Below, one piece after another: positions 21,713 to 36,229 of a stretch of 64,000 bases of DNA. Position 1 is the first letter of the stretch. Each line of letters opens with the position of its first letter. Under the pieces are notes generated by a model that saw only the letters and a program-made list of their open reading frames with translations, ran no database searches and had not been told where the DNA came from. Where the stretch lies: the NCBI RefSeq assembly GCF_036971445.1, contig NC_091477.1, positions 4,898,001-4,962,000 on the forward strand, written 5' to 3'. Both the position numbers and the translations under genes were made by a program. The DNA comes from Narcine bancroftii (Eukaryota).

Positions 21713-24163
21713 ATGACACAAACGTGTGGTTCCCGTGTGCTTGGGAAGTCAGCGATTTCATCCATTTTACTGCTTTGTGTGTGGAACCTGGTTTATGGAC
21801 AGATTCGTTACTCCATTCCCGAAGAAGTAGAAATCGGCACATTCGTCGGAAAAATCAGAGAAGATTTGGGTTTGAGCGTGAAGGAGCTATCAAGCCGTAA
21901 ATTCAGAATTGTGTCGATCGCGTCCAAACGATATTTGGATGTGAACCGCCTGAATGGAATTTTATTCGTGAGTGAAAGGATTGACCGGGAACAACTCTGT
22001 GGTCAGAGTGATAACTGCGTGTTGCTCGTGGAAGCGGTGGTCGAAGACCCTGTGGAGCAGTACCGTGTGGAAGTTGAGATTCTCGATGTTAATGATAATT
22101 CTCCGATTTTTCCGAACCGAGAAATTCGTTTGGAGATCCCGGAATCCGTGCTGCCTGGCGCACGCTTTCCCTTGGAGCGCGCACACGATCTGGACGGGAG
22201 AAATAATTCTGTTGGCTCATACCAGCTGGATGCAAACGAACATTTCACGTTGGACATACAGAGTTCGGGGAAGTGGAAATTACCCGAGTTAATACTGGAG
22301 AATATTATGGACCGAGAGAAGCAGTCGGTATACAATTTATCATTCACCGTTACTGACGGTGGTCACCCAGAAAGGTCAGGTACCGCTCATATAGTTATTA
22401 CTATCTTGGATGCGAATGATAATGCTCCTGTTTTCCAGAAATCTCTGTATAATGTTAATCTGAGTGAGGATTTGCCTTTAAATTCTTTGGTGATTAAGCT
22501 TAACGTTACCGACTTGGACGAGGGTACGAACAGCGAGATCGTTTATTCTTTCAGTAGTAACAATGAGCCAAGTTTAACGGAAATATTTATGATTAATCCG
22601 AACTCAGGAGAGATTCGTACAAAAGGAAGTTTGGATTTTGAACAGTCTAGCGTTTATCAGATTCACATTGAAGCGAAGGATCGAAGCCAGCATCCGCTCT
22701 CTGCGCACTGCAACGTGCGGGTGGAGATCACAGATGTGAATGACAATGCTCCTGAGTTGTCTTTAAATTCTATTTCCAGTAGAATCAGCGAAGATGTTCC
22801 GATTGGAACTTTAATCGCGTTGTTCAGTGTCACAGATCGGGATTCCAATAAAAATGGACAGATGGACTGTTCTATTTCTCCTAATGTCCCTTTTGATCTG
22901 AAATCTCCCTTTGCAAATTCTTATCGACTCGTCACAAGTGCAATACTGGACAGAGAAATCGCTGATCAACATGTAATAATGTTAACATGCAAAGACCGCG
23001 GGTCCCCTCCATTATTTTCCAACCGAAACATTATCGTTAACGTTTCGGATGTAAATGACAATGCGCCACAATTTACGCGCTCGTCCTACAGGGCCTACGT
23101 GGCGGAAAACAATGAACCAGGCAGTTTCGTTGGGTCAGTCACAGCTTTGGATTATGATATTGACCGAAATTCACAGCTAGTTTACACTCTTTTGGACAAC
23201 CCGATTCCTCCAGAACCAGTATCTTCTTATCTCTATGTTAACTCAACCGATGGCCGTATCTATTCGAAAATATCATTTGATTACGAGCAAATTAAGGCAC
23301 TTCGGTTCCACGTTCGGGTTCAAGATGCCGGATTCCCATCGCTTTCCAGTGATGCTGTGATACAGGTCATTGTTCTGGATAAAAATGACAATCCGCCCAC
23401 CATCCTAACACCGCAACCAAACAGGAATCCCACCTTAAAAGTCCCCCGATCTGCAGTTGCGGGGTATTTAGTAACGAAGATTACTGCTTCCGATGCAGAT
23501 TCTGGCAAGAATGCACAACTTTCTTATCATCTGAAACATTCCAGTGCTTCGAGTCTTTTCGTAGTTTCTCCTACTTCTGGTGAAGTAAGGAGCGTTAGGC
23601 GGATCAAGGATAGCGACGCCTCGACACAAAGACTCGTCATCAGGGTAAAAGACCATGGTTATCCTGCTCTCTCTGCTACCACCACGTTAACTTTGACAAT
23701 CGTTAAGGAAGACACAACTGATCCGCCGGAACTTAGTGGCCTTCATCATGAATTAAACGATGAAGAGCAATGGAGTTTTTATATAATAATTACTTTGGGA
23801 ACAACGTCTCTTCTTCTTCTGGTGATTATAATTGTTCTTGTCGTTCTGATATGCCCAATGGGTGAGGGTACTGCTTCAGCCAGTATTTGCCCTTGTGCTA
23901 ACTGCTGCACCAGGGAACTGGAATACCGGAACACTAATCACAATCTTCATATTTCTCGGGAATCTTATCTGCTTCCTAGTTTACTTGAGGTTCGTGGCAA
24001 CGGCTCCCTGACTGACACTTGCCGGTATAAAATTCAGTCAGCTCCTCAACCAGTCGAAATGTTTTTCACACCGTTCAATTCAGAGATGGCAGACGTTACT
24101 GTAAAAGATACGAGATATGCCCTACAGTACACCACAAAGGCAGCGAAGAACTGGTCAAATGAG
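21713..24163 (+). CDS. Clustered protocadherin variable exon 3
   Basis: Six EC repeats, TM; phase-0 donor GAG/GTAAGT at 24164. Confidence 0.95.
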
Positions 24164-24667
24164 GTAAGTCTTGGGAACCAAACATAACGCGTAAATTCTA
24201 CAATCTTACAAAATCCACAGTTGCTCTCTAGTTCCTGATTTTTTTTGGTAGCATATACTATTTCCTGAACGAGTCCATTGACAGCATTGATGTAATTCTG
24301 GATTGCCCAACTTTCGTTTTTGCCGTTTTGCAGTAACTATTTCCGCAAAATGAAATCGAGTTTTAAAGATGAACTTGTCCCCGTCTCTCTTACTGATGAC
24401 AATAGTTGGAATGCCGCTGTTGGGACAGCACAATGTAAATATGCCAAGAGTGCACTGGACAGCGGAATATTATTATTTTATTATTTAGCAGGTAATAAGA
24501 CCAAACATTAGACAATGATGAAATTTAGACGAGCGATAGAGTTACTTATTTCGGTTTGATGTTCCAGTTATTCTGATTTCCTTTGGAGCAATTTAAAATA
24601 CACCGAAATGAATGGCATCAAACCATTGCAACTAGTTATTTTCGAGGTCGTTGGTGAACCTATCGCG

Positions 24668-25075
24668 TTCAAGCTCAAGTTCGCTTATTGTCACATGTAT
24701 CGAAAATACAGTGATTGATTTTGTTTTGCGAGCGAATAAGTGTAAGGCGTAAGTCAGTATATTAGCATAAAAATGCTGAGTTACAGAGAATTATCAGTTG
24801 GTACACAACATAGTCAATTATGCGATACATCCAGGAGTCTGATAACTGCAGGAAAGAAACTGGTGCTACACGATCTCACAATCGTCAATCTTCTTCCTGA
24901 CGTGAGTGGGAGTGGTGCGGGGAGGGGAGGAGAGTGCGGTCAGTCTTCTAATATGTTATCTGCATTTACAATGCAGCGAGTGTTGTACATGGAGTCGATA
25001 GAGGGAAGGATGGATTGAATCCCGTGTCAACCCTCTGCGGTTTCATGAAATCTCTTACGGATCCGTTCCCCTTCA
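24668..25075 (-). mobile_element. Degenerate L2/Rex-like LINE 3' relic
   Basis: TCAAGTTC..TTATTGTCACATG tail and GGAAAGAAACTG..CTTCTTCCTGACG segment similar to 63430-64000. Confidence 0.4.
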
Positions 25076-25154
25076 TAGTTGAACTAGGGACCGGATATAA
25101 TTAACTGATCTCCCTCCCTGCTAGTGATTTCATACGGAATTCACTTATACCAGA

Positions 25155-25925
25155 TGTTACAGGGACTAGAGGACCCCAAAAAGCAGCAGCAATAGATATG
25201 CACCACCACACATGGTTACTTATACAAAAGTTATTTTTAATTATATTTGTACAAGAAAACAGAATTAAACTTTAACTTATTACTTAACCTACTTACTTAA
25301 CCTACCTAACTTACTTAATCCCCCCTCTAATACTAAGCGCAGGTGTGTGTAATGTATATTTAAGATTAGAAAAATTCTTTAGATCACAATCCAATCTTAC
25401 TGGTTGCAGGCAATTCTTGTACTGCGCATGGAAGTTAGCATTAACAAAGTTCCCCAGTCTTTGGTGCTTAACAGGCAAATGGTTGCCATTTAGGAGGGTT
25501 CTTGCTGGTTTTCAGAGAGAGATTCCGTTTCCAGGACATCTGCAACTGATTCCTTCTCAATCAGTCTTGCTGACGAAACATTCCCCCTTTAAGGTTCTCC
25601 AGATGATCCTCTTTCTTTCAAGTCACCTTTCACACCGCCAATCTTCTCCTTTGGCCAGGCAGCCTTCGAAAGTTTACCAGCTTGTCGCTCCAGAAGGGAT
25701 TTATGGCTCTCTCCTCTCTGTTTACCACCCTCCTCTCTGAGAGCAAAACTATTCTCCACTGCCTGCAAAGATCACATGCTCTCCTAGGCAAGCTTCTGTT
25801 GATACTTTGTTGGCTCTTGCAAAAAACACTCTGCAAAAGTCCTGCAATTATTCTGTGTTTAAAAATGTATGTGTGAAAGCTGCTCTAACAATTCCTCCCA
25901 AACCACCTCTCAATACTCTGTCACA
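25155..25925 (-). mobile_element. Solo LTR (Gypsy-like)
   Basis: TGTTAC...TGTCACA termini (TG..CA); near-perfect 4-bp TSD CAGA/TAGA; homologous to 26948-27953 and 7806-8799. Confidence 0.8.
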
Positions 25926-26229
25926 TAGAGCAGTCCGTTACAAGCCTTCACGTGTGCATGGCATCCTTAACCAGAATTCTTCCCACATTGCTTCTTGCAA
26001 GAATCCGATTTCATTCTCTGAATTGCTTGCTCAATCTTTGCACCTGTATTTCCGATATGTATATAATTTCACTCAATTCTGATTTTACTTCAACCCTCGA
26101 CATTCAGAAGACTTTTGTTCCATTTTCCTATACTTTTTTAACGTTTTATTTAAGAATTTTAAAACCACATTCATATTCAATAAAGATATATAAAACATAA
26201 AGTATACATGTGGTATAAAACCTCTAAAC

Positions 26230-26585
26230 CAGTGGTTCTCAATCTTTTTCTTTCCACTCACATACCACTTTATGCCATCGGTGCTCTGTGATTAGTAAGA
26301 GTTTGCTTAAGGTGATATGTGAGAGAGAAGGGAAAGTTGAGAATCACTGCTCTAGATCAATTGTTACTAAAATATTTTGCTTGAGAAAAATTGTCATTGG
26401 CCCATTTCCTTTTCACTTATAAAACCGTGCACATATTGAATCAATTAGGTCCGATTAAAACAGTAGCTTTCAACTTCTTTCCTTCCACCCACCTTAAGCA
26501 ATCCCTTACTAATCACTGAGCATCTATGGCATATGGATTACTTAAAGTGGTAGGTGAGTGGAAAGATAAAAATTGAGAATGACTG
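26230..26585. mobile_element. hAT/Charlie-type MITE made of two inverted TIR-bounded subunits
   Basis: CAGTGGTTCTCAA...TTGAGAATCACTG (26230-26349) flanked by CTCTAAAC/CTCTAGAT; inverted copy at 26461-26585. Confidence 0.75.
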
Positions 26586-26789
26586 CCTACACTCCCACCC
26601 ACTCCGACCCACCAAACCTAAACTAAATATAGAAAAAAGGGAGATAAAGGGAAAGAAACGGAGAATGTCAAAAGGAATGTCAAAATTCAAAATTCAAAAT
26701 GTCAAAACGGAGAATGTCAAAATTCACAGTACAAACAATAATGGGGTTAAGTGTTAATAGCACGGTAGGTGTTTAAGAGTCCCTACACC

Positions 26790-29725
26790 TTCAAACCAAC
26801 ATATTGTAAATATGGGCTCCATATTTTCAAAATAAAATGGTATTTAATGCATAGTTTATGTTATTCTTTCAAGTGAAACATGGAAAAGCATTTCCACATG
26901 CCACCTCTCCATCCATAACTTCATATCTGATTTCCAATTAATGCCCATTTTATGAGCCCAGAGGACCCCAAAACCTAGCAGTAATAGATATTCACCAGGA
27001 CAAATGGTTACTTAAACAAAAGTTGCTTTTAATTATCTTTAAACATGAAAACAGGATCACACTTCAGCTTATCTCTAGCCTAACTTAACCCCTTTCTAAT
27101 TATAAGCACATGTGTGTGTCAGTTCAGACAAGGTCTTTGGTTCACAGTCCAATCTCACTTCTCATACCTCCAAATTCACTGGTTGCAGGCAATTGTTATA
27201 CTGTGCACAGAATTTAATATTTATAAAGTTCATCAGGCTTTGGTGCTTGAAAGTTAAATGGTTACCACTCAGGAAGGTTCTTGTCGGTTTTCAGAGAGAG
27301 AGAGATGTTGTTCCAGGACACCCACAACTGATTCCTTTTAATCAGCCACTCCAGTGTCTTGCTGATGAAACTTGCTCACTCAGGGTTCTCCAGATGACAA
27401 CCTCATTCTTTCAGGTCACCACAGAGTCCCTTTGCTGTTTCTCCTATTTCAAGTGAAACATTCAACAGTCAGTCCTCCCTTCTTGCATGAACCACAAGGA
27501 CTTTGACCAGACTGAACCAAGCACTCACAACCCATCTTCTAAATGGGGTTTTCCACAAGTTTTCCAGCTTTTCCTGTTCCAGTCCCAGTTGCTATTGCTC
27601 ACTATAACACTGTAGAAGTGGCTCTGTCTCCCTCTCTCTCTCTGAGAGACAGCCTGTTTTAGCCTCTCTGCTTGCAAAACCATATGATCCTCTTAGAACA
27701 GCAAGATCCCTTAAGACTCTCTCCAGCTCGACATTCTCTTTTATTTGTTGCCTTTTTGTAAACACCAATCCATTAGTGAAGTCTTTTGGGCACTCTCCAA
27801 AGCTTTTGCAAAGGCTCCGAGACCCCGAAATGTCTAGCATAGGTAGAGCTCCAGTATTTTAAATAAAATCTATTTTAAAGTGTTTGTAGGTGACCTACAC
27901 TAACAAACCCTTCTGCAATTTTTCTCCCAAAAACATATATATATTCTGTCACGCCACGCACTTCCATGAAACAGCGAAACCCAATCATAAAAAAAATCAA
28001 TTTAATACATAGTTAATTGTAATTTAGGACTAACCACTTTAATATTACCTAAAAATATATCATTGGATCCTGTGGGAATTTAACTTGTAATATTTTCTCC
28101 AAAATTATTTTAGCCTCAAACCAAAAAGGTTTTTACTTTACAATACTCCCAAGTAGAATGAAAAAAGGAACCCAATTCCTGATCACATCTAAAACATAAA
28201 TCTGACAATGTTGGATTTAACTTTTATAATTTTTGGAGAGTTAAGTATAATTGATGTAAAAAATTATATTGAACCATTCTCTATCTAACATTAATAATTT
28301 TCATCATATTTTCTTTAGATATTTGCTTTTAGTATTTTCATCTATTTGTCTATTTAAATCAACCTCCCATCTTAATCTTGATTTATTAATTCCTAACTTG
28401 GGAACAAATTTTTGATGTAATCTCTGCATTTCTGAAATAAACTTATTAGTACCCCTTTTACTTATCAACATATCTGATTAATTCTGCCAAGGTAATATCA
28501 AATGATGACCTTACTTGTCAATCAAAAAAGATCTAACCTGTTGATAACAAAAAATTGTATTATTTAGGACATTGAATTTTTCTATTCTTTATAATACATT
28601 GACTAACTTCAAAAATACTCTAATTTCTTAATACCCAATTTATTACAAGTTTTCAAAAAATATTTATTCATAGAGAAAGGAAGAAGTCTACGTTGATACA
28701 AAAGCATTTTTCGAGAAATCAAACATTTTTGACCTATTTCATAATCTATTTTATCCATAATTCAATCAAATATCTCAAAATAGGCATATACCTCATTCGT
28801 TAACAATTTTGAATTTAATTTATAAATAAAGTCCTGCATAAAATCTTTTCATATTTCACTCGATTCTATTTTAACCCAAGCTGAGAGTTTATCCAATTCA
28901 AACACCCCATTAATAAATTTGCATTGATCTGCTCTATAATAATTCTTAAAATGGGGAAGTAGCAAACCTCCCAATCAGTTTTTCCAAACAAACTGTTGCC
29001 ATTAATCATTTCCACAAAACTTCCTAATACTTCAATTTAAATCCTTAAATTTATTTGAAGAATCTGAAAGGATTTTACCGAAATACATCTTGAAACCGTA
29101 GAAAAATATTCACTTTAATACAATTGACTCTGCCTACTAAAGTTATAGGCAAATAATTCCATCTATTTAAATCATTTTTAATTTTATTAAGTAAAGGTAA
29201 ATAATTCAATTAATATAAAGTATTTAAATCATTATCAACGTTAATCCTTAAATATTTAATTCCATCATCTGATCACTTAAATCTAGCAAATTCTCTACAC
29301 GAGTATAGTCCCATTTAACCAAGGGTATAATTTCCCTTTTGTTCCAATCATGATTTCCCGATATTTCACCATATTCTTATAATTTTATATCTTATTGCAA
29401 ATAGTTTATTGAATCTATGATATAATTTAACATATCATCTGAATATAAATTAATTGCATATTCCTCAAGACTAACTTTAATACCCTTAATTTTAGAATCT
29501 TGCCTTACTAACTCAGCTAAAGGTTCGATTGCTAAAACGAACAGGACAGGAGAATAAAGGATATCCTTGTCTATTTGATCTAGCAGAATAAATTTGTCCA
29601 TTAGTCACAACTTTAGCAGATGGATTTTATAAAAAAGTTTTTATCCAATTAATAGAAGTAGATCGAATACCAAATATTCCCAACATCTTAAATAAATAAT
29701 TCCATTCTAATCTATCAAAGGCCTA
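26790..29725 (-). mobile_element. Degenerate L1/Tx1-clade LINE ORF2 relic, interrupted by a solo LTR
   Basis: SPVLFVLAIEPLAELVRQDSKIKGIKV..INLYSDD, AKVVTNGQ, AFDRLEW-like motifs; C-terminal WKSD..LERIT segment left of the LTR; AT-rich. Confidence 0.75.
26948..27953 (-). mobile_element. Solo LTR nested in the L1 relic
   Basis: Homologous to 25155-25925 and to the reverse complement of 7806-8799; ends TGTCACG. Confidence 0.75.
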
Positions 29726-30337
29726 AAACTGTAACATTGCCAGCATTTCAAATAGGAACAGAAATTATATATTTCTACCTCATCAAGTAAGATATCAATA
29801 TTTACTTTATGCTATTTGAGGTTTCACAACATTTTGAGTTTGCGACATTTGACCAATCAATTTTAATCTAATTGTAAATATCATTCTTAATTTACTAAAT
29901 TCCTCTTGTCTTTGACATTTAAATTTTGTTCAGTGGTTTTCTCTAAATACCAGTGGAAAATAGCACATTAACGAATTTGGAAATATTTTCAAATTCTGNN
30001 NNNNNNNNNNNNNNNNNNNNNNNNNNNNNNNNNNNNNNNNNNNNNNNNNNNNNNNNNNNNNNNNNNNNNNNNNNNNNNNNNNNNNNNNNNNNNNNNNNNN
30101 NNNNNNNNNNNNNNNNNNNNNNNNNNNNNNNNNNNNNNNNNNNNNNNNNNNNNNNNNNNNNNNNNNNNNNNNNNNAATAACCGAATTCCTCCTGTCTTGA
30201 TAAAATTAAGGGAATGTTACATATTCATTTGCCTAATACCACATCCCCCTTTCGATTAATTATATTTAAAAGTTTTTGTTTAGTTTCGAAAATATTGCAT
30301 ATTTAATACTTTAAGTTGTTCAACATTAACAACATTC

Positions 30338-30465
30338 TCAGTGCAATTATAGGCTGAGACTCTTTGTGTCGCTGTCTACCAATAAGGAGTTGAAATGCAG
30401 CTAGTGATCCACCACCCATCCCCCAATATCCGAGAAAGGAAGCTGAATAATGGCGGAATGTGCAG
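30338..30465 (+). promoter_or_regulatory. Pcdh promoter with CSE (30358-30383)
   Basis: Same conserved block as at 15372 and 21486. Confidence 0.9.
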
Positions 30466-30601
30466 GAACTCGGCGAACCATCTCTTCAACCGATCATACT
30501 TCAACTCTATTGCCATATTGAAGGAATTATTTTGGGTGTCAGGAACGGTGATAACGATAAGAACAATTCCTGAGGTATTTGCAATCTACCCTAAAGACGT
30601 G

Positions 30602-33049
30602 ATGGTACAAATTAGCATTTTCCGTGTGCATGGGAAGGCAATGATATCATCAGTCTTTCTGCTTTGTGTGTGGAACCTGATTTCTGGGCAGATTCGTTAC
30701 TCCATTCCAGAAGAAATGGAACACGGCGCCTTCGTAGGAGATATCGGAAAAGATCTGGGTTTGAGTACAGATGAACTATCAAGCCGTAAATTTAGAATTG
30801 TATCAGCCGCTGCAAAACAATATTTTGATGTAAATGATAGGAATGGACATTTATTTGTCAGTGCAAGAATTGACAGGGAACAGCTGTGTGGTCAGAGTGA
30901 TGACTGTGTTTTGCTCGTGGAAGCGGTGGTTGAAAATCCCGTGGAACAGTATCGTGTGGAAATTGAGGTTTTGGATCTTAACGATAACTCTCCAATTTTT
31001 CCGAAGAGTAAAATTCGATTGGAAATTTCAGAATCCACGCTTCCAGGAGCGCGTTTACTGTTAGAGGGAGCACGCGATATTGACGGGAGAAATAATTCTG
31101 TTGTTGCTTACCATCTTATTGAAAATGATCATTTTACTTTAGATGTTCAGAGCCTTGGAAAGTGGATGTTACCACAACTGGTGTTGCAGAATGTTCTCGA
31201 CCGAGAGAAAGATTCAATATACAGTTTACTATTGACCGCTATTGACGGCGGTACTCCAAAAAGATCAGGTACCACTGAGATAACAATATTTGTCTTAGAT
31301 GTTAATGATAATACACCTGTTTTCGATAAATCGACATATAGCGTTAGTCTGAAGGAGAACGTCCCATTAAATTCTCTGGTGATTAAGCTTAACGCGAGTG
31401 ATTTGGATGAGGGTACAAATGGCGAAGTGGTTTATTCTTTCAGCAGTTACAATGAACCCAGAATAACTGAAATTTTTACGATTAATTCTAAATCCGGGCA
31501 GATCCATACTAAAGGCATTATAGATTTTGAAGAAGCCAATGTTTACCAGGTCTATGTTGAAGCTAAGGACAAAAGTGCCCAATCTTTAGCGACACACTGC
31601 AGCGTGCGTGTGGAGATCACAGATGTCAACGACAATGCTCCCGATTTAACGCTAAATTCATTTCCCCGTGCAATCAGTGAGGATGTTCCTCGTGGAACGT
31701 TGATCGCATTGATCAGCGTGACAGACAGGGATTCCAATGAAAATGGAAACGTTGACTGTTCTATCTCACCCAACTTACCATTTGACCTAAAATCCTCCTT
31801 TAGCAATTCGTACAGACTCGTCACAAATGCATTACTGGATCGAGAAACGACTCCCCAACATAAAATAGCGATAATTTGCAAAGACGGCGGAATCCCAAAC
31901 TTGTCTACCACTCGGAATGTTGTGGTAAATATCTCGGATGTAAATGATAATGCGCCACGTTTTACGCAGCCTTCGTACACAGCCTATGTAGCGGAAAACA
32001 ATGAAGCGGGCAGTTCCATTGGATCTGTGACAGGTTTGGATTCTGACTTTGATCGAAATTCACAGCTGTCTTACACTATTTTGGAGAACAAGATTCAGTC
32101 AATGCCGGTGTCTTACTACGTCTATATCAGCTCATACAATGGCAGTATCTACTCCAAAAAGTCGTTTGATTATGAACAACTTAAAAGCTTTCAGTTTCAT
32201 GTTCGAGCTCAGGATGCCGGAAATCCATCACTTTCAACGGATGTTCCTGTGAGGATTATTGTCTTGGATCAAAATGACAATCCGCCCGTTTTAATGTCAC
32301 CAGGAACATATAGCAATGGAAGTTTGCATGTGCCTCGATCTGCGGATGCGGGATACTTGATCACAAAGATATTTGCTTCCGACGCAGATTCTGGTAAAAA
32401 TGGACAACTTTCTTATCAACTTCTACAATCCAGTGATCCGGGGCTCTTTATTGTTTCGTATAGCTCAGGAGAAGTAAGGAGTGCTCGCCGATTTACAGAG
32501 AGTGATGCACCAGAACAAAGATTACTTATCCAGGTAAAAGACAACGGTTACCCTGCACTTTCGACCACGACCACCTTAAGTTTGTCAATAGTTGAGGAAC
32601 ACACGGACGTTCTTCTCGACTTAAGGGAAGCGCACCACGATGTTGAAGATACCCAAAGGGTATCATTATATATTATAATTTCTTTGGGAGCAACATCTTT
32701 TATTCTTTTAATTGTTATAATTATCCTTGTTGTGGTCATTTTCCCAATTGGTAGGAATTCTGCGCCTGGACGTCCTTGCACTTTTGCTAACTGCTGTTGC
32801 AGAGGAGAATTGGAATATCCGAACTCGAATGTAAACATGCAAATAGTATCTGATTCTGGCTTCATTCCTAGTCTACTTGAAGTTCATGGAAATGGATCCC
32901 TTTCAAAGACATGCCATTATAAAATTCGATCCATGCCTGAACCACCGGAAATATTTTTCTCACCATTAAGTGCACATGGAACTTTTGAAAAGTACACTAA
33001 GTATGTACCATCGGATAATATGAAAGTGACGAACTCTGCACCGTTCGAG
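30602..33049 (+). CDS. Clustered protocadherin variable exon 4
   Basis: Start MVQISIF chosen by alignment with paralog signal peptides; six EC repeats, TM; phase-0 donor GAG/GTGAGT at 33050. Confidence 0.93.
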
Positions 33050-35974
33050 GTGAGTGTTGATGAATATACGTAGTGTGTTTGTAATATTGTAAAGCACTTC
33101 ATAACATTTCACATACCGCTTCACGTTTATGCACGTCCAACTTATCGAGTACTTACTCTAAATATCAATTATTTGATATTTTAAACAGATCCCTTCACAA
33201 AATTCTTGGTTTCATGAGTGAAATAGTTTTACGTGGCTTAACCCAGCAAGAAACACCGAATCAAATTTTAAATTAACGTTTCATATCACACATCCTTCAA
33301 ATCACATGAACATTTAGAAAGTCATCTTTGCTTCGATTTTGCTTCTATGTTCGTTTACATGTCAACATTTGTTCCTTGAGGGTGATAAAATAGCAGGTAT
33401 GTGTTAAAACGTCGCTAAAAATGATAAATGCCACGTACAGTCAAGAATTGCTACTAAGCTAGATGTATGTGATCACGAGTCAAAGGTAGACCAAATATTT
33501 ACATGCTTTGTCATCAGTCGCGTCATCTAGTATTGAGAACGCATGCAGTAGACCGAACTCTCTGCAAACAAGAGATGAATGAATCACACTGGACTTCACA
33601 ACAGCACTTTGATAATTTAAAAAAGCAAGGCAGTTGGCATTGTGCTTTGTATTTATTCCAGAAAATTTGATTCCTGACATGAATGAACTTTGGCATAGCA
33701 TAAAGCCATTCTTGAAAGCAACGACTAAGACCTGTATAAAATCTCGTAAAGGACTTAAAAGCTATTTTTGCAATAATTCATAGGACCGGAATTAAGTCCT
33801 TTGATTCTGCCACGCTCGTCCATTGTGGCTTTTTAAACCCCATTCTGTAACATTTTTTGGGAAGCTTCCTGTGCTTCTTTGTAAGAACAGGCGCAAACAA
33901 GTTGAACAAGAAAATAGAAGACCACGACCTAATAGAAGACCATGAGCTATGCCAATCGAAATTATGATTTTACTCATTTCACAACTGGGCATTGTCTCGC
34001 TTATTTGGTTCATATAAAGAATTCAGATATCGTTATAAAGTGTTGCTGCTTTAATGATGGTTTTATTACAAATTATTTTCTGATTTACATGGCATATTAT
34101 ACTCTCCCTTCACAATACAACAGATTGTACTTCATCTATCAAGCCTCTATTCCTAACTGAAATATTTCGACCTAGCAATGGTTTAGAAATCCTCCTCTGC
34201 ACTCTGCACAGTGCTATCTTGATCTTCCAATCAACGTGACATCTAGAAGTGTTAGGCGTGGCCCAACGAAACTTTTATAAACGTGCCATTATTTCCAGAC
34301 CCTTGTTTCTTTGGTGTAGATAATGACGTCCAGTTTTCCATGTCACATGTAACATGTACCCCTCTGTGTCTCTCTGGAAGTGTGCACGATTTTCCCCTGA
34401 ATGTTATATCATTTGTTACATTTGTTCTTCTTCGTCTTCATAATATTGACTATGCAAACAAATAACTCTGGACAACATTTTTAAAAAAAAACATTTATTT
34501 CCTGAAAGAAAAACAGGCATTACGATGGACAACGTCAAGCTGAACACAAAGATAATTTCAGATTTGCTGTATCACGTGCAAAATGGAGAAACATTAAATT
34601 AACTTTTTTAAAGGTAGTATATTTAATCGCAAAATGATGTTGACATATTGCATTAGTTCAACTGACCAAAAATATTATGCCACAGATTTTCGTTTTAATT
34701 AGCATCTGATGTCTCTCCTGTCAGTATCTAACAATAGTCGCCCAGCATTGACAGATTTCATTTGCCCTGATATTGCTTTTCCAAGGTCACAATGTCCTGG
34801 TGAAGCGTTTCACCATTTTTCGCATTGACTGCAGCAAGATCGTCGAGGAAGAAGTCCAAATGCGAATGAAAATGAAACTTTAATGACATGTTGAACGTCA
34901 TGGCTCGAAGCATGTTAAAATATGGTAGTAAAATATGGTAGGATGTCGTAAAAATAGGTTATATATTATAAATAGTATGTGATAGAAAAATTCTCGTGTA
35001 TTTCCCGATCAGCATCCCCCAAATCCATAAAATACACCCAAAAGTCTTCAGCAGGCAAAATCTTCGTTGTCCACTGTAATCAATAGAGCAGAACTGAATG
35101 GAAACACTGGCTCAGTTTGGTAAATGAACATACCAGAAATAAAACTGCTGCAATTTCTTTGCTCCCTGGTGCAAAAGATAACTTATATTTGTTATAGTCA
35201 CCGATGTTGCTTTTAGGTGTATATTATGGCACTATTAATTTAGATAAGACGGTTGCACATAGTTTCTCATGCCAATGGTTGGTTTTCAGGAAAATGTTCT
35301 TCTAATATCAATAGGTTAAGCCATTCGTCTATTTTTTCCAATTGGATTTTCAAAACGTTTTTAATGAGGTCTTCCGCAAAGCGTATAAGACCTTGATGAG
35401 GCCCCATCTTGAATAGTGTGTGCTGCTTTGGTCTCCTATCTGAGTAAGCACGTTTTTGCTGTTGAGGTATTAATATAGGCCTTTAACTCCCTCTCCCGAA
35501 TTATCAGTCACTCTTCTTAACCTTCTCCCCTATCACTTCTCAGTTTCTGTCTCTTCTATCCTCTCACCTGTATTGTATCCACATATTACCTCTTACCAGT
35601 AAGCTTGTGCTCTACCCCTTCTTCTTCCCTCCTCTATACGTCTCCATAGCCCTTCCTTTATAGTCAGGCGCCTATCTGTTTTTCATTATTCCTGACGATG
35701 CATGCAGGCCTGAAATGCTGATTACTTTATACTTGCTATGCGACCTGCTGATTTTCTCTCTTGCTTTCTGCACTGGACCCTAGCATCTTCAGATTTCGTT
35801 GGAATGATTCAAGTTGTGTGGAAGCTATTCATTTTTTTTTACCAATTTACATTTCAAATAGGATTGACTAATTGTAGGACTCTGTTTATATTAGGCATAG
35901 GTTGAAAATATATATTTTGTTAATAGACAGAAAGCTGAGGCTCTCAAAACTCAAATCTGATTTTTATCCTGAAC

Positions 35975-36065
35975 TCAGTGTAGTTATAAACAAGGACTCT
36001 TTGTGTCGCTGTCTACCAATAAGGGAGAGAAATTTATCTGGAGATCCACCACCCATCCTCCAACG
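35975..36065 (+). promoter_or_regulatory. Pcdh promoter with CSE (35995-36020)
   Basis: TCAGTGTAGTTAT..GACTCTTTGTGTCGCTGTCTACCAATAAG..GATCCACCACCCATCCTCCAA. Confidence 0.9.
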
Positions 36066-36229
36066 AGGGGTGAAACCAGGCGATTTATTGACTGCGATTT
36101 ATCTCCTGAGATGGAATCTATCATTTTCATTCCTTTCACCTTCAATTTGTAATTTCACTAGGATGGAATGATTAACATTACAAGACATAGAGCATCGTGA
36201 CAGTTGAAAATACCATCCCTACAGAAGAA

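Noticed and set aside
30395-30601. 69-codon N-terminal extension of exon 4
   Set aside because: The ATG lies inside the conserved promoter cassette (GAAATGCAG); equivalent ATGs in paralogs do not read through into the CDS; the signal peptide aligns from 30602
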